A stretch of DNA of 64,000 nt from a virus. Where the stretch lies: the IMG/VR virus record IMGVR_UViG_3300045988_131726. The stretch is one strand, 5' to 3'. Below, in pieces: positions 42,218 to 52,631 of the stretch (position 1 is its first letter; each line of letters starts with the position of its first letter). The translations under genes were made by a program, and so were the position numbers. The notes below the pieces were generated by a model, which saw only the letters and a list, made by a program, of their open reading frames with translations, searched no databases and was not told the origin of the DNA.

Positions 42218-42661
42218 CTATTTAACAGTAATCCATATCTGCTCTCCAGCAGCTACAGCTTTGTCAAATTTATCTAGTAAAGCTAAGAAGGTTATCTTGC
42301 TATTAGATATTCTTCCACTAAAGTAATTCTTTCCAACTAAGATACAGCCTGACGAATCAGCTGCACTGTTACCCCAATGTATTAATATACCAGTAAATGA
42401 AGGAACATTATTAAGCAGTGGCATATTCCTATTATCTACCTTGGGACTAAATTTAGGAGAATTTACTAAAGTAATTCTATATCTTCCATTAGGTATAGCA
42501 GTCTCATGCATAACCTTCTTCTCATCTCCGTCAAAGATACCATTAGTATTTTTATCTCTATCTACATCTTCAACGGTATCACACTCGTATACTCCATTTA
42601 CATAAAGCTTTCCACCCGTATACGAGCTTTGTCTGTCAGTACGCTGTAAGAGTAATTCCAT
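42218..42661 (-). CDS. putative cell-wall-active enzyme (YkuD/L,D-peptidase-like Cys-His signature)
   Basis: 147 aa. ILIHWGNSAADSSGCILVG resembles the H...(S/T)xGC(I/V) active-site pattern. It follows two small membrane-anchored proteins. Weak, by eye. Confidence 0.4.
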   Translation of the reverse strand: MELLLQRTDRQSSYTGGKLYVNGVYECDTVEDVDRDKNTNGIFDGDEKKVMHETAIPNGRYRITLVNSPKFSPKVDNRNMPLLNNVPSFTGILIHWGNSAADSSGCILVGKNYFSGRISNSKITFLALLDKFDKAVAAGEQIWITVK

Positions 42662-42664
42662 GAT

Positions 42665-42931
42665 TCAAGAGTTTTCTGAGTGAATAGCAGTCTCTCCCCT
42701 TGCTTCCTTAAGCTCCTGCAATAATTCATTGACAGTAGCATGCAACTCTTCATTTACCTTCAAGAGGCGTGCAATCTCATCTCGATAAAACTCTCGCATC
42801 TTTACAAGAGTTTCTATCTCTACAAGTGTTGCATTAGCATCAGAAGTTCGCTTACCGCCAAGTTTCCACGTAATGATAATTGAAAGAAGGTTTGACACTC
42901 CTAGCGCACTCAATAGCGTAAGCCAATCCAT
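42665..42931 (-). CDS. small N-terminally membrane-anchored coiled-coil protein (holin/spanin-like candidate)
   Basis: 88 aa with one N-terminal TM (LTLLSALGVSNLLSIIITW) followed by a coiled coil. Stop/start overlap with the upstream gene. Confidence 0.4.
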   Translation of the reverse strand: MDWLTLLSALGVSNLLSIIITWKLGGKRTSDANATLVEIETLVKMREFYRDEIARLLKVNEELHATVNELLQELKEARGETAIHSENS

Positions 42932-43542
42932 TATTTGACTATTAGAATATATCTACCAGTCTTAGAGATAATATAGGGATTCTCCTCGACCACATCCACT
43001 AACATAACCTTATGCTTTCGTTGAAACCATCTGCATAAGAAGAACTTTTTAGGAGGCTTAATAGTCTCCTTCTTAAGATGTCCTACAACAGATCTTTCAC
43101 TTGTAAACTTCGGTTCAGTAGTTACCTTATTGGGATACTCCAATCCTAATTTTAAAGTATACCACTTATCCCCAATAGTAGTATCAATTTTAACCATAGG
43201 TTGAAATACCGTATCCCTCAATATTATAGAGTCCTTTTTAGATGCAATACTTAGTTGATATTCTAAGTATCTTATATCCTTATCCTTAATCTTGAGCTTC
43301 TTCTGAACTTCTAATAACTTTTTACTAATAGAATCATTACTAGATTTAAGCTCGTCAATAGTGAACTTAAAAGCTCTTTTCTCATTAGTAAGAGAATCGT
43401 TCTCTGCTGCATACGCTTTTATATTAGTATATGCAACAGAGACCTCCTCTCGTAAATCTTGAATTTTATTATAAGCCCCGAAGCATAGCCCACCAAGAAC
43501 TAATATTATTAGTGCTTGAATTGCTATTATCTTCCACTTCAT
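42931..43542 (-). CDS. N-terminally membrane-anchored protein (lysis-cassette candidate)
   Basis: 203 aa with an N-terminal TM (IIAIQALIILVLGGLCFGAY), then coiled coil. Confidence 0.4.
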   Translation of the reverse strand: MKWKIIAIQALIILVLGGLCFGAYNKIQDLREEVSVAYTNIKAYAAENDSLTNEKRAFKFTIDELKSSNDSISKKLLEVQKKLKIKDKDIRYLEYQLSIASKKDSIILRDTVFQPMVKIDTTIGDKWYTLKLGLEYPNKVTTEPKFTSERSVVGHLKKETIKPPKKFFLCRWFQRKHKVMLVDVVEENPYIISKTGRYILIVK

Positions 43543-43547
43543 ATTAC

Positions 43548-46337
43548 TTACCTAGTAGACGGATATATTGGATGTACTACTATAAATACTTCCCAAGCAG
43601 CAGTCTGAAGATTCGTAGTATCACTGTAAACTAGAACCCTAAATATATTTTGATAATCTCCTAAATCAGAGGGCTTAGTAACTTGAAGTCCAACTGCTCG
43701 AATATCAGAGTAACTACTAGATGATACTATCGTTGAGCACATTGGAGTTAACCACGCGCTATTAGGTATACCTGTAGTATTAAAAGTAATTTGAAGATGC
43801 TTATTATCTACCCAATTACGTGATGTTGTTACAGTAATACCAGGTGCACTAGTATAGCTGCTACCAGTTAAAAGTTCTCCGCTGCTTGTATTATGAATAA
43901 GATCATATTCTATTAATCCTGTATATGATATAGCTTGTGCAACTCCTAAATACCTAAGCACTGAACTACCATTTGTTGAATATGTTATCACATACTCAGA
44001 CGGATTTAATAGAGTTGCACTACCAGAAACTTCCTTAGTAGAAGGATCTATACTTGTTACAGTAAAGGAAAAACGTAGTTGTCCAGTAGGAATTAATTCT
44101 ATAGTAGAGAAAGATAGTGGATCATATATTATACTACCATTAAATAATTGGCCATTATCACAACTATTTACAGTTAATCCTTTTATAACAGAGACTCCAT
44201 ATTGTCTATTATTGACTATACATCCTTCGTAAGTAGACCCAACTTCATAATTGTAATCATTTGCAGATAATTTAAATGTATATTCTTTAGAAGTTGTAAT
44301 AAGATCATTAGGAATTATATATCTTAGTGCATTAATAGTAGTAGATTCATTAGAAGTGTATTCTAATGTAGAAAATCCTTTAATAGAAAGATCCGTAGCT
44401 TCTACTGAGCCATCAGCATTAAACTTAACTTTACCTGCTGCAAGATGGCCTGCTCCAGTAGCAAAGTTAAACATTATGTTAGGAATAAACGTCCTAATAC
44501 CAGGTTTAGCAGGATCAGTACTATTAGCAGGTTCTCCAGGAGTTACACTATTAAAATTCTCATAATGTGTAGAAGTATTCCCATTTTCATCTACTCCCTG
44601 CTGACTAAACATGTAGTCTCCATTAAATACTGCAGAGCCAATTAAACCATTAGCAATGATACCAATCTTGGCATAAATAGCTTCGAATGCTTCAAGCTTA
44701 ACCCAACTTCCACTAGTATCCGTACTAGGGCTTTCATTATTATGTAAGGTTCCTTGCCAAGATCCTACTTTGTTTAATACATAGTAATTAGCATCCCCAG
44801 AATCATATACATAAGGAGCCTTATACTCATCACATAAATAGGTAGTATTTACATTATAAATACCTTCAGGATAAACAATCTGACCTTTAGAACCAGGAGC
44901 ACCAGGTGTTCCAGGAGCTCCATCTAAACCATTAGTACCACTAAGTTTAGCAGGGATAGACCATGTTCCATCTACAGAACCAACTCTATCAGAATTATCT
45001 GTATAATTAATACGAGCCTGTATAAACCATATATAGGGGTTATCTTCAGTCACCATAGGAACAGTTGTACTCCATCCCGTAGGATTCCTATTATCTCCTA
45101 AATCTGTACTACCAGTATAGGTAGTATCAGTGCCGAGACAATGTCTTACTTCAATGCCCACACCAGGAATTCCAGAGACACCGTCCTTACCAGCAGGTCC
45201 AGGATTACCAGTAGGACCCGTAGCCCCATCTTTACCATCTTGTCCCGGAGGACCTTCTGGACCTATTGGCCCCTCAGGACCAGCCTCACCACTGATAACA
45301 GTAGGAGTAGACCAGTTAGTATATAAAGTATCGTTAGGATTAATTGTAGCTACAATCATCCACATGAATTCCTGAGTAGCTTTAATAGGAGGAGTCATAG
45401 ACCATCCTGTAGGAGTTCTTATGGTCTTATCAAGAGCAGGAGGAGTAATATTACTTGCACTAACAGCAAATCTCATCTCTGTATATTTACCATCCTGTGT
45501 AGTACCATCTCTACCATTTACAGGTATTACTTCAGACCATGCTGTGACAAGATCTGTAGCACCATTTACAGTACCGATACATTGCCACCAGTTACCGCTA
45601 GTATTAGGATAATCTTCCCAACCATCAGGATGAGGACTAGTACCAGTAGGAGCTTCAGGCTTAGAATCGCTTAACTTATAGACATAAGTCTTATAGTTAG
45701 GTACTGAACCAGCTGGTCCGGGAGGACCCTGTTCTCCAGGGTCTCCCTTATCACCAGTCATTTGAATAGGATCACTCCACTCTCCTACAAGAGTAGCACC
45801 TCTAAATGTAGCTGTAATAGACCATATAAATTCTGCAGATGTATGAATAGGTACAGAGGTTCCCCATACTGAACCAGGATTAATATTATCCTTAATAACT
45901 ACAGGAGGGATAGTAGTACTAGTAGTCTTAGCATACATAATCTTAATACCAAGACCTTCCTGTCCATCTGAACCTGGCTTTCCATCAGTTCCATTCTTAC
46001 CGGGAGCTCCTTCAGGTCCCGGAGGTCCGGGTTCACCATCAGCACCCTTAGGTAAGTCAAAGCTAAATTTAAAGACATTGTCTTCTAATCTAACTGAAGC
46101 ATTTGCAATACTAGTAGACGTTACTGAATCTACAGTAGCTTCAAAGTCTGTGGTACCTCCACTACCAGATCCTCCTACTAAAACCCACTTGTCTTCATTA
46201 CAGTCAAAAGCCAATAATTCCCATAAGGAAGGCTTACCTGTAGCTGTAGGATGTAACCAAGTAACGTTTAAAGTCTCATCGGGGGGGGGCTCTAGGCCTA
46301 CCCAGATTTTACCAAATCCATTTATATAATGATACAT
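43548..46337 (-). CDS. collagen-like tail fibre protein
   Basis: Four G-X-Y runs (e.g. GADGEPGPPGPEGAPGKNGTDGKPGSDGQEG) alternate with four copies of a roughly 45-aa GW..P...W...WS.P module. The start is moved to Met33 (46337). From there the N-terminus MYHYINGFGKIWVGLEPPPDE matches the other fibre, and the 62-nt overlap with the upstream gene disappears. Confidence 0.75.
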   Translation of the reverse strand: MYHYINGFGKIWVGLEPPPDETLNVTWLHPTATGKPSLWELLAFDCNEDKWVLVGGSGSGGTTDFEATVDSVTSTSIANASVRLEDNVFKFSFDLPKGADGEPGPPGPEGAPGKNGTDGKPGSDGQEGLGIKIMYAKTTSTTIPPVVIKDNINPGSVWGTSVPIHTSAEFIWSITATFRGATLVGEWSDPIQMTGDKGDPGEQGPPGPAGSVPNYKTYVYKLSDSKPEAPTGTSPHPDGWEDYPNTSGNWWQCIGTVNGATDLVTAWSEVIPVNGRDGTTQDGKYTEMRFAVSASNITPPALDKTIRTPTGWSMTPPIKATQEFMWMIVATINPNDTLYTNWSTPTVISGEAGPEGPIGPEGPPGQDGKDGATGPTGNPGPAGKDGVSGIPGVGIEVRHCLGTDTTYTGSTDLGDNRNPTGWSTTVPMVTEDNPYIWFIQARINYTDNSDRVGSVDGTWSIPAKLSGTNGLDGAPGTPGAPGSKGQIVYPEGIYNVNTTYLCDEYKAPYVYDSGDANYYVLNKVGSWQGTLHNNESPSTDTSGSWVKLEAFEAIYAKIGIIANGLIGSAVFNGDYMFSQQGVDENGNTSTHYENFNSVTPGEPANSTDPAKPGIRTFIPNIMFNFATGAGHLAAGKVKFNADGSVEATDLSIKGFSTLEYTSNESTTINALRYIIPNDLITTSKEYTFKLSANDYNYEVGSTYEGCIVNNRQYGVSVIKGLTVNSCDNGQLFNGSIIYDPLSFSTIELIPTGQLRFSFTVTSIDPSTKEVSGSATLLNPSEYVITYSTNGSSVLRYLGVAQAISYTGLIEYDLIHNTSSGELLTGSSYTSAPGITVTTSRNWVDNKHLQITFNTTGIPNSAWLTPMCSTIVSSSSYSDIRAVGLQVTKPSDLGDYQNIFRVLVYSDTTNLQTAAWEVFIVVHPIYPSTR
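46281..46289 (-). repeat. homopolymeric C9 tract (G9 on the plus strand) inside the fibre gene
   Basis: It encodes PPP in GLEPPPDET. The paralogous fibre encodes its PP with mixed codons. Confidence 0.9.
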
Positions 46338-46371
46338 AATATCTATAACTATTTTGGAGGGGATATTAACT

Positions 46372-47241
46372 CTATTTTCCTGAAATGTTGTAAACACCCA
46401 TAATGTAATAGTCATCTTGAGGAACACTACCATTCGTATCTATGTGTAGATTGAAGTAGTTGTGCCCTATCAATTTGGTGCTGGCATTAAAGGCTAATGC
46501 TGCAAACTCCCCGGTACCGTAATCTACATACTGCTCATCTAATGCAGCAGCATAACCTTGGATGGAATTGTCTACAGCACCTACATGTACAATGGCGACT
46601 CCCTGCATATAAAATGTTGATGCCTCAGATCTTCTCATGAAGTCTATACGGAGTATATCGCTCTCTTTCAAAGCACGGTTCAGAGGTACTTGAACCTCAC
46701 CTAAACTAATGTTGATATGAGGAGCAACTTCAGTACCCTGTTCTAACCAAGTGGATAGCTTCTCTACTGCAGAGCTACCTCCAGCAGATAACTGCAGCCA
46801 CTCTTTCTTTACAACTGGATAAGGCTGTATTGTTATATCATAAGTAGTAAGGTCAACTTCAATCATCACAGTTTGAATCTGCTCAAAAGGAGGCTCTTCT
46901 CCATCATTAATTCCAGGTTCACCTTGTGAGTTAATAGGTATATTTCCTGTTATGAAATAGGCTTTACTATCATCTGCTGAAGCCTTAAAATAAGGTGTAT
47001 AATCTACCCCATTAGGAAATAATACTATTGCAGACTCTTTAAGTTCCTCTACACGTGAAGCATCTATCTTTTGGCTCTGAGATTCACTTTCAGATATAGT
47101 ATAAATATTAAGTCCACTACTTGCTAAGTCAGCAATCTGCTGTGCTGTAACCTTCTCTGTAGCAGAAACTTGGAATTCTTCTGTACCAGTAGCCGCAGAC
47201 TTTAATGTAAACTGTGAAATATTTTTAAAAACATTAGCCAT
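46372..47241 (-). CDS. hypothetical tail/fibre-associated protein (289 aa)
   Basis: ORF between the two fibre genes. Confidence 0.55.
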   Translation of the reverse strand: MANVFKNISQFTLKSAATGTEEFQVSATEKVTAQQIADLASSGLNIYTISESESQSQKIDASRVEELKESAIVLFPNGVDYTPYFKASADDSKAYFITGNIPINSQGEPGINDGEEPPFEQIQTVMIEVDLTTYDITIQPYPVVKKEWLQLSAGGSSAVEKLSTWLEQGTEVAPHINISLGEVQVPLNRALKESDILRIDFMRRSEASTFYMQGVAIVHVGAVDNSIQGYAAALDEQYVDYGTGEFAALAFNASTKLIGHNYFNLHIDTNGSVPQDDYYIMGVYNISGK

Positions 47242-47377
47242 ATTTAAGATTAATTATTGTTTGAACCTAGTTTTATTATCCGAGTGTATACTGGACTCCT
47301 CATCATACGTGGATATAATCAATATAGGAACTAAAATAAACATGATCTTTTAGTATTTAAATACTGCTAGTAACAGG

Positions 47378-47638
47378 CTAGATTTGTTCACCATTATAGA
47401 CTATTTTCTTAATAGTACTTGTATATCCACCTGAAGTAGATTCAGAAAGATGACCCGCCTTAGTCTCATCATAAAGACTATATGTTCCATCTCCGTAAGT
47501 AGCAATTACCAGATTGGAGGACGTGGGATTATAAGACCATATTACTGTCCCATTATAGACAACTCTCTTAATAAGAGTATTATCGTCTGCAGCTAATACT
47601 TTCCCATTTAAGGTAATAGTCTTTATTCTGTAACTCAT
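47378..47638 (-). CDS. hypothetical protein (86 aa)
   Basis: Small ORF 2 nt after the 662-aa fibre gene. It contains an internal duplication (VVYNGTVIWSY / IVYNGEQI). Confidence 0.45.
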   Translation of the reverse strand: MSYRIKTITLNGKVLAADDNTLIKRVVYNGTVIWSYNPTSSNLVIATYGDGTYSLYDETKAGHLSESTSGGYTSTIKKIVYNGEQI

Positions 47639-47640
47639 AA

Positions 47641-49629
47641 CTATGTAGTTTCTTCTAACTCTATATAGAGTATATTGTCCTGTTGCATAGGAGCTGTCCC
47701 ATATACTATCTCTACTCCTTTAATCATGCTAGATCCTACAGCGTTAATATTAGACCTTGCTTGTTGCTTTTGAGTATCAGTAAGAGTTTGAGTTGCATTA
47801 TAGATAACAGAACCTAAATTAAATGGCCAACTAGTTAGAAGATTTAACTTCTTAGTTGAAGCTAAAAGTGCCATATAGACCATTGTTGACGAATCTCTAA
47901 ACGCATAGAACCCAGTCTGTTCTGAATTAGACCTACCTCTTGTAAAGATCATAGGAATACTATCATTACCAGAAATAACCAGTCCTTTAGCGTTCCAAAT
48001 TTTATTAAAATTAGCGTCAGATAAATGTGTACCCAACAGAGAGTAATCTACATGTACAAAATCCAACCCTATATTAGATAGAGCTACATCCTGCTGCTCA
48101 CTCGTCAAAGCCGGTTTCTGCACCGAGAAATGCACGGCATCGGGATCGAAATACTTATAGGAGCCTATGCCTGACACCGAGCCAGTAGCACGACGAATAG
48201 TAAAGCCATTAATGTAGGTATTATTGGAAAATCGGTAAAACCTAACAACGTTAGAGTCTATATGACCAGACACCCACAACTCCCCAAGGTCAGTAAACAG
48301 AACAGCCTTAGAAACAGACACCTCTTCTAGTTCCTCCGCCGATAAAGTAGACCCTAAAAAGCTACTGTCCGTGACGTATACCTTCATGCCTAAATTGGCA
48401 AGAGCCTGTGCCTGCTCACTCGCAGAAAAGTTCTGAGTAATATCAGTTCGAACCGCCTTCGTGGCAAAATCAGAAGACGTGACACGATCATTGATGCGCT
48501 CCTGAAGCTCAACGGAAAGACAATTCCAATCAATGGAATTCTTAAGAACCGTGGCATGGATGGCATTATTCTCGTCTATAGAAATCTGAATCCGATCGCC
48601 AATAGAACCAACATATTCCTTCACAAAGGCACTAACCGGAATACTCGTGGTAGTACCATCAGCATTATCAAACTCAATGCTCTCGGTCTCTGCGTTATAA
48701 CGTAAGGCAAGCTGCTCGATAGGCAAGTCAATCTCTACAGACGCACCAGCAAGAGTCGTGAATGTAATCTTATAAGACGACGAATCGTAAGCCGGAAGAC
48801 CTACACAAGTGTTAAGTAAATTCCGAATATCAGCATGAGAAGTAGATGACGTATTATGAACAGATATGCTCTCCGTAACAGACTCTGAAGATGCCTTCTT
48901 ACTTAACTCCTCAGTAACAGCCTTCTGAGACATAACTTTTTCTATGGAGTCTCCGGTAGATTGAACTACTTCTACAAGTGTAGGACCATAATTATTTACA
49001 GTAGCCCCAATTACAACATCTCCATTAGTATTTAGCGATACATATTTCGTCTCTCCAGACGTATCAGGGGAATAGAATCCAATATGTAATCCTCCATATG
49101 TAATTATAAACAAAGGAACTAGCCCTAATTTATCCTCTCCTACCTTAAGATATAATTGCCAAACATATTTAGTAGGATCTGCTAAAAACTTACGGTAATG
49201 TTCAGTAAGTGTTTCTAAAGGCGTTACAACAGAATAAACTTTCTCATCATTAATAGTTAATTCTATAGCAAGTCTAGTAATAGTTTCATCAAAAGGTAAG
49301 TCTTCTAATGAAACAGCTCCTATATTCTGACGTGCTATCTGCTGCTGCTCAGGGGTAAGATCCTGTACAGTATCATATAATACTACCTTAAGCTCTTGTA
49401 AAGACTTAACATCTTTTTCAAGATCTCTTATAAGTACTAATAATCCTTCAGCAGTTAAGGCTGCACTAGTTAGAACCTCCCATCTCTCTTTATAGATATT
49501 ATAGGTCCTAATTTCCCATAATACCCTATGATCATCAGAAGGCCTCAACCAAATAATATTATTAGCAGGGTCGGGAGGGAGTTTAGACCCTACCCAAACC
49601 TGACCTAATCCTGTTTTATATGAATACAT
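47641..49629 (-). CDS. tail fibre protein with fibre-repeat motifs
   Basis: The N-terminus MYSYKTGLGQVWVGSKLPPDP is shared with the collagen-like fibre. It has four Q..AR.N(I/L)G-type fibre repeats (EQQQIARQNIGA, EQAQALANLGM, EQQDVALSNIGL, TQKQQARSNINA). Confidence 0.7.
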   Translation of the reverse strand: MYSYKTGLGQVWVGSKLPPDPANNIIWLRPSDDHRVLWEIRTYNIYKERWEVLTSAALTAEGLLVLIRDLEKDVKSLQELKVVLYDTVQDLTPEQQQIARQNIGAVSLEDLPFDETITRLAIELTINDEKVYSVVTPLETLTEHYRKFLADPTKYVWQLYLKVGEDKLGLVPLFIITYGGLHIGFYSPDTSGETKYVSLNTNGDVVIGATVNNYGPTLVEVVQSTGDSIEKVMSQKAVTEELSKKASSESVTESISVHNTSSTSHADIRNLLNTCVGLPAYDSSSYKITFTTLAGASVEIDLPIEQLALRYNAETESIEFDNADGTTTSIPVSAFVKEYVGSIGDRIQISIDENNAIHATVLKNSIDWNCLSVELQERINDRVTSSDFATKAVRTDITQNFSASEQAQALANLGMKVYVTDSSFLGSTLSAEELEEVSVSKAVLFTDLGELWVSGHIDSNVVRFYRFSNNTYINGFTIRRATGSVSGIGSYKYFDPDAVHFSVQKPALTSEQQDVALSNIGLDFVHVDYSLLGTHLSDANFNKIWNAKGLVISGNDSIPMIFTRGRSNSEQTGFYAFRDSSTMVYMALLASTKKLNLLTSWPFNLGSVIYNATQTLTDTQKQQARSNINAVGSSMIKGVEIVYGTAPMQQDNILYIELEETT

Positions 49630-49808
49630 ATCTTATCAATTTTTTATGCGTCAAGCCCTAACTTTGTTTTCAAGCTATTTATAAACGAATTACTGTTTAA
49701 AAGAAAATCGGAAACAGTTAATAATGTTATCTGAGTTAAAGAATTAGTATTAAAATTACAATCAAACGTTGCAATGGTATTAACGTTACGCAATGCGCAA
49801 AACCATCT

Positions 49809-50153
49809 TCATGTATTAGTATAATCACTTCGTGTATATATGATAGGAAAATTATACCCTGTTAGATTATCTACAATTATACATTCTGCAGTCTTAATGC
49901 TTTCTGCTACGTCATCTGAAACAGTAGTACCAAAAAGAGAAAAATCTAAATGTACAGCATTTGATCCTGTATCATTGGGAAGTTGATCAGCAGGAACTTT
50001 ACCATCTACAAGATCAGCCTTGCTTTCTAACGCTTTTTCAAGTTCTGCCTCAGTAACTCCCTTATCTTCTAGATTAGATAATGCTTGCGCTAGCTGAGGA
50101 TTTGTTATATCATAACCTCTCTCTAGCTGTAAAAGTATTTTCTCGTTAGTCAT
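49809..50153 (-). CDS. small fibre-module paralog (114 aa)
   Basis: PQLAQALSNLEDKG plus AVHLDFSLFGTTVSDD...IIYTR parallels the DFVHVDYSLLGTHLSDA...MIFTR module of the 662-aa fibre. Confidence 0.5.
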   Translation of the reverse strand: MTNEKILLQLERGYDITNPQLAQALSNLEDKGVTEAELEKALESKADLVDGKVPADQLPNDTGSNAVHLDFSLFGTTVSDDVAESIKTAECIIVDNLTGYNFPIIYTRSDYTNT

Positions 50154-50178
50154 AGTTGTAATTAATTATAATAATAAA

Positions 50179-50202
50179 GGGAGGAGTATTTGCCTCCTCC
50201 CC
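50179..50202 (-). terminator. intrinsic terminator after the portal gene
   Basis: Stem gggaggag / ctcctccc, 6 nt after the portal stop. It is followed on the minus strand by tttattatt. Confidence 0.6.
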
Positions 50203-50207
50203 TAACT

Positions 50208-52604
50208 TTATTTACTAACATTAGATGATTTAGGCTTAGCACGTTTAATAGCAAGATCTTTTTCTTTAATGTCTATCTCCTTTGATAACTTAGTTTTATC
50301 AAAAGCTAATCTTTCATTAAACTGCCTTATCTGTTCATCTAACTTCGCTCGTTCCATAGAGTTGTCTTGGACTTCTGGGACTTCATTCTCTGCATTTCCA
50401 GATTGTTTAATATGCTCAATAAGAATCTTAGTATCATTATCACGCTGATTAATCATATCTTGGAAATTCATCTCAGCCTGCTTCATTTCCATCTGAGTCT
50501 GCATTTGTTGCTGTGCTATTTCTTGTTCCTGCTGAGCTTGTTCCGCTTGACGTTCTTGAATAGCTTGCTCGTCTTTCTCAATAGTCCTACGAATCTCTGA
50601 CAGAGATGATGAAGTATAAATCTTCATTATTGAAGAGAATGAGAGAGTTTGATTCTGCAAAGCAGCTTGTGCTAAAGCATCAAGTTTTGAAGCGAGATTC
50701 TGAGTATCAGGAGAGGCATCTACTACAATTCCATAGTCGCTATCTGCAAAAGTGTCTCCATCAATTTCAAGAGATTTTATAGCTCCATCAGAGGTAATAT
50801 ACTGGAATTTCTTATTTCTACCTCTCATAGCTATTTTAGCTGTCTCTAAGAAACATTCAAGAGCTCTTTTTTTAACATCATCATGCATCGTAAATAACCA
50901 TTCTGTAATGTGAGAAGATTGTAAATTTGATCTTTCAACACCACCAACAGTTTCACGGTTACTAATCTGACCCTCTCTCTGTCGAGTAATACCAGCAACC
51001 TCTCCCATCTCATTTTTAATGAATTCTAGGAGATTAATATGTTCCTGAATATAATTACCCTGTTCAGCATCTATAACTCCATTAGACTGAGTATTTAGAG
51101 CTCCTACAATCTTACCTTGAGCAGCTCCTCCACTTCCCTCCTTAAAGCTATCTGTAACAGCAACATGATTTACTTTTGCATAGTATAACCACTTGTCTAT
51201 TTCCCAACCTTTAGGAACCATAGCAAGATCTAGTTTTACAATTTTACCCCAGTTAGCAGCAATAGCTTTATTAAGTCTATCGTAGATAACATCGTAAAAA
51301 TAAGCAAAAGGCTTCATCATATCTACTAAAGAGAAAGGCCTAGAATCATTAAGGTTATACATAGATCCTACAATACCAAAATGACATCTAGATGGATTAG
51401 AAAGTCTATTATACTGTACTATCCTAGGTCTCATATTAACATAAATATCTGGACCTATTTTAGTACCTTCCCATGCTTCGTTAATCCAAAAGATCTCTTC
51501 TTCTTCACCAGCATCTTTGTCTATAATATAGGTTTCTGGATAAAAATCAAAGAGCTCTTCGCCAGTCTCAGGATCATAAGACTTTACCTTCTTAATCTTT
51601 CTCTTACTCTTCCAATAAAGTCTTAATACTCTAATATTACCTTGGAGATCATAGTAATTACTCGTTGCTGAAAACCCAGATTGTCCCATCAGTAGAAAAT
51701 TCTCTATTACAGTACCTCCTGAAATATCTGTACCATCAATCTCAGCAGTATTGATAAAGGCATTTCTTTCATCAATGTTGTACATAGAATCACTACTAAA
51801 AGTACTAGCTAGTTTATCTATACTGTCAACATCTTTTTTAGATAGAACATCAAAGTAAGTATCTAAGATTCTACCTGGACTCCAAAAGTCTATAAGTATT
51901 ATCAGATCTGCATCCTCAACTTTATTAGAAAAACCATTTTTGAAAATATGAACTTTTAAAGGATTAAGTCTTTCAAAAGTAGGCTCTCCCCCAACAATAT
52001 CACATTGATAGATTTCCTCACCACAAATCATTGCATCCATAAACCCATCATTAAATATTTTGGGTATGTTTAGCTCTTTCATGTAATGAGAAAGAACAGT
52101 ACTAGCTCTCATTTCGATAATATCTTGCCATTGATAATCAAAATAGTAAGATAACTTATCTAGTTCTTTATTAAACTCCTCCTCTGATAAGTTCTCATCT
52201 TCTATCATCGACTGAACTTGTTCTTGGAGCATTGCTAATTTACTACTCTCTATCTCTGAAATAGAATTGGGATTAGTTACAACAACTTTAAATTCGAATC
52301 TTCTCTTCGCTTCTTCTCCTTGGAGAACATGAAGCTTTGAGTTCATAATAGGGAAATGCTGAATAGATTCTGGAACATATAATGCATTGACATTGTCTGG
52401 ATTAAGAATTAACTCTACATCTCTCATATCTAAAACACCATTTATGAGATTATAGTTAATTCTCTTCTTCAACAGAGAATTTCGCACCATATTGCCAAAA
52501 TAGTAAGTTCTACGGTCGGCCCAATCACAATGCTGTTTCCTCCATTCCTTCGTTTTCTTACTATAAGGAAGCATTTGCGGGGGTAAATTCTTTAAATCTA
52601 TCAT
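50208..52604 (-). CDS. portal protein
   Basis: 798-aa ORF immediately downstream of TerL, with a Gln/Glu-rich C-terminal helix. Size and position are typical of podophage and crAss-like portals. No motif-level proof. Confidence 0.65.
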   Translation of the reverse strand: MIDLKNLPPQMLPYSKKTKEWRKQHCDWADRRTYYFGNMVRNSLLKKRINYNLINGVLDMRDVELILNPDNVNALYVPESIQHFPIMNSKLHVLQGEEAKRRFEFKVVVTNPNSISEIESSKLAMLQEQVQSMIEDENLSEEEFNKELDKLSYYFDYQWQDIIEMRASTVLSHYMKELNIPKIFNDGFMDAMICGEEIYQCDIVGGEPTFERLNPLKVHIFKNGFSNKVEDADLIILIDFWSPGRILDTYFDVLSKKDVDSIDKLASTFSSDSMYNIDERNAFINTAEIDGTDISGGTVIENFLLMGQSGFSATSNYYDLQGNIRVLRLYWKSKRKIKKVKSYDPETGEELFDFYPETYIIDKDAGEEEEIFWINEAWEGTKIGPDIYVNMRPRIVQYNRLSNPSRCHFGIVGSMYNLNDSRPFSLVDMMKPFAYFYDVIYDRLNKAIAANWGKIVKLDLAMVPKGWEIDKWLYYAKVNHVAVTDSFKEGSGGAAQGKIVGALNTQSNGVIDAEQGNYIQEHINLLEFIKNEMGEVAGITRQREGQISNRETVGGVERSNLQSSHITEWLFTMHDDVKKRALECFLETAKIAMRGRNKKFQYITSDGAIKSLEIDGDTFADSDYGIVVDASPDTQNLASKLDALAQAALQNQTLSFSSIMKIYTSSSLSEIRRTIEKDEQAIQERQAEQAQQEQEIAQQQMQTQMEMKQAEMNFQDMINQRDNDTKILIEHIKQSGNAENEVPEVQDNSMERAKLDEQIRQFNERLAFDKTKLSKEIDIKEKDLAIKRAKPKSSNVSK

Positions 52605-52631
52605 AGCATTAACTTAATTACATAATTTGTA

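Noticed and set aside
46338-46433. N-terminal 32 codons of the 961-aa fibre ORF
   Set aside because: They overlap the upstream gene by 62 nt. The sequence from Met33 aligns with the N-terminus of the paralogous fibre.
43548-49629. A diversity-generating retroelement acting on the fibre genes
   Set aside because: No reverse transcriptase gene and no template/variable repeat pair could be seen in the window. This cannot be excluded for the rest of the genome.
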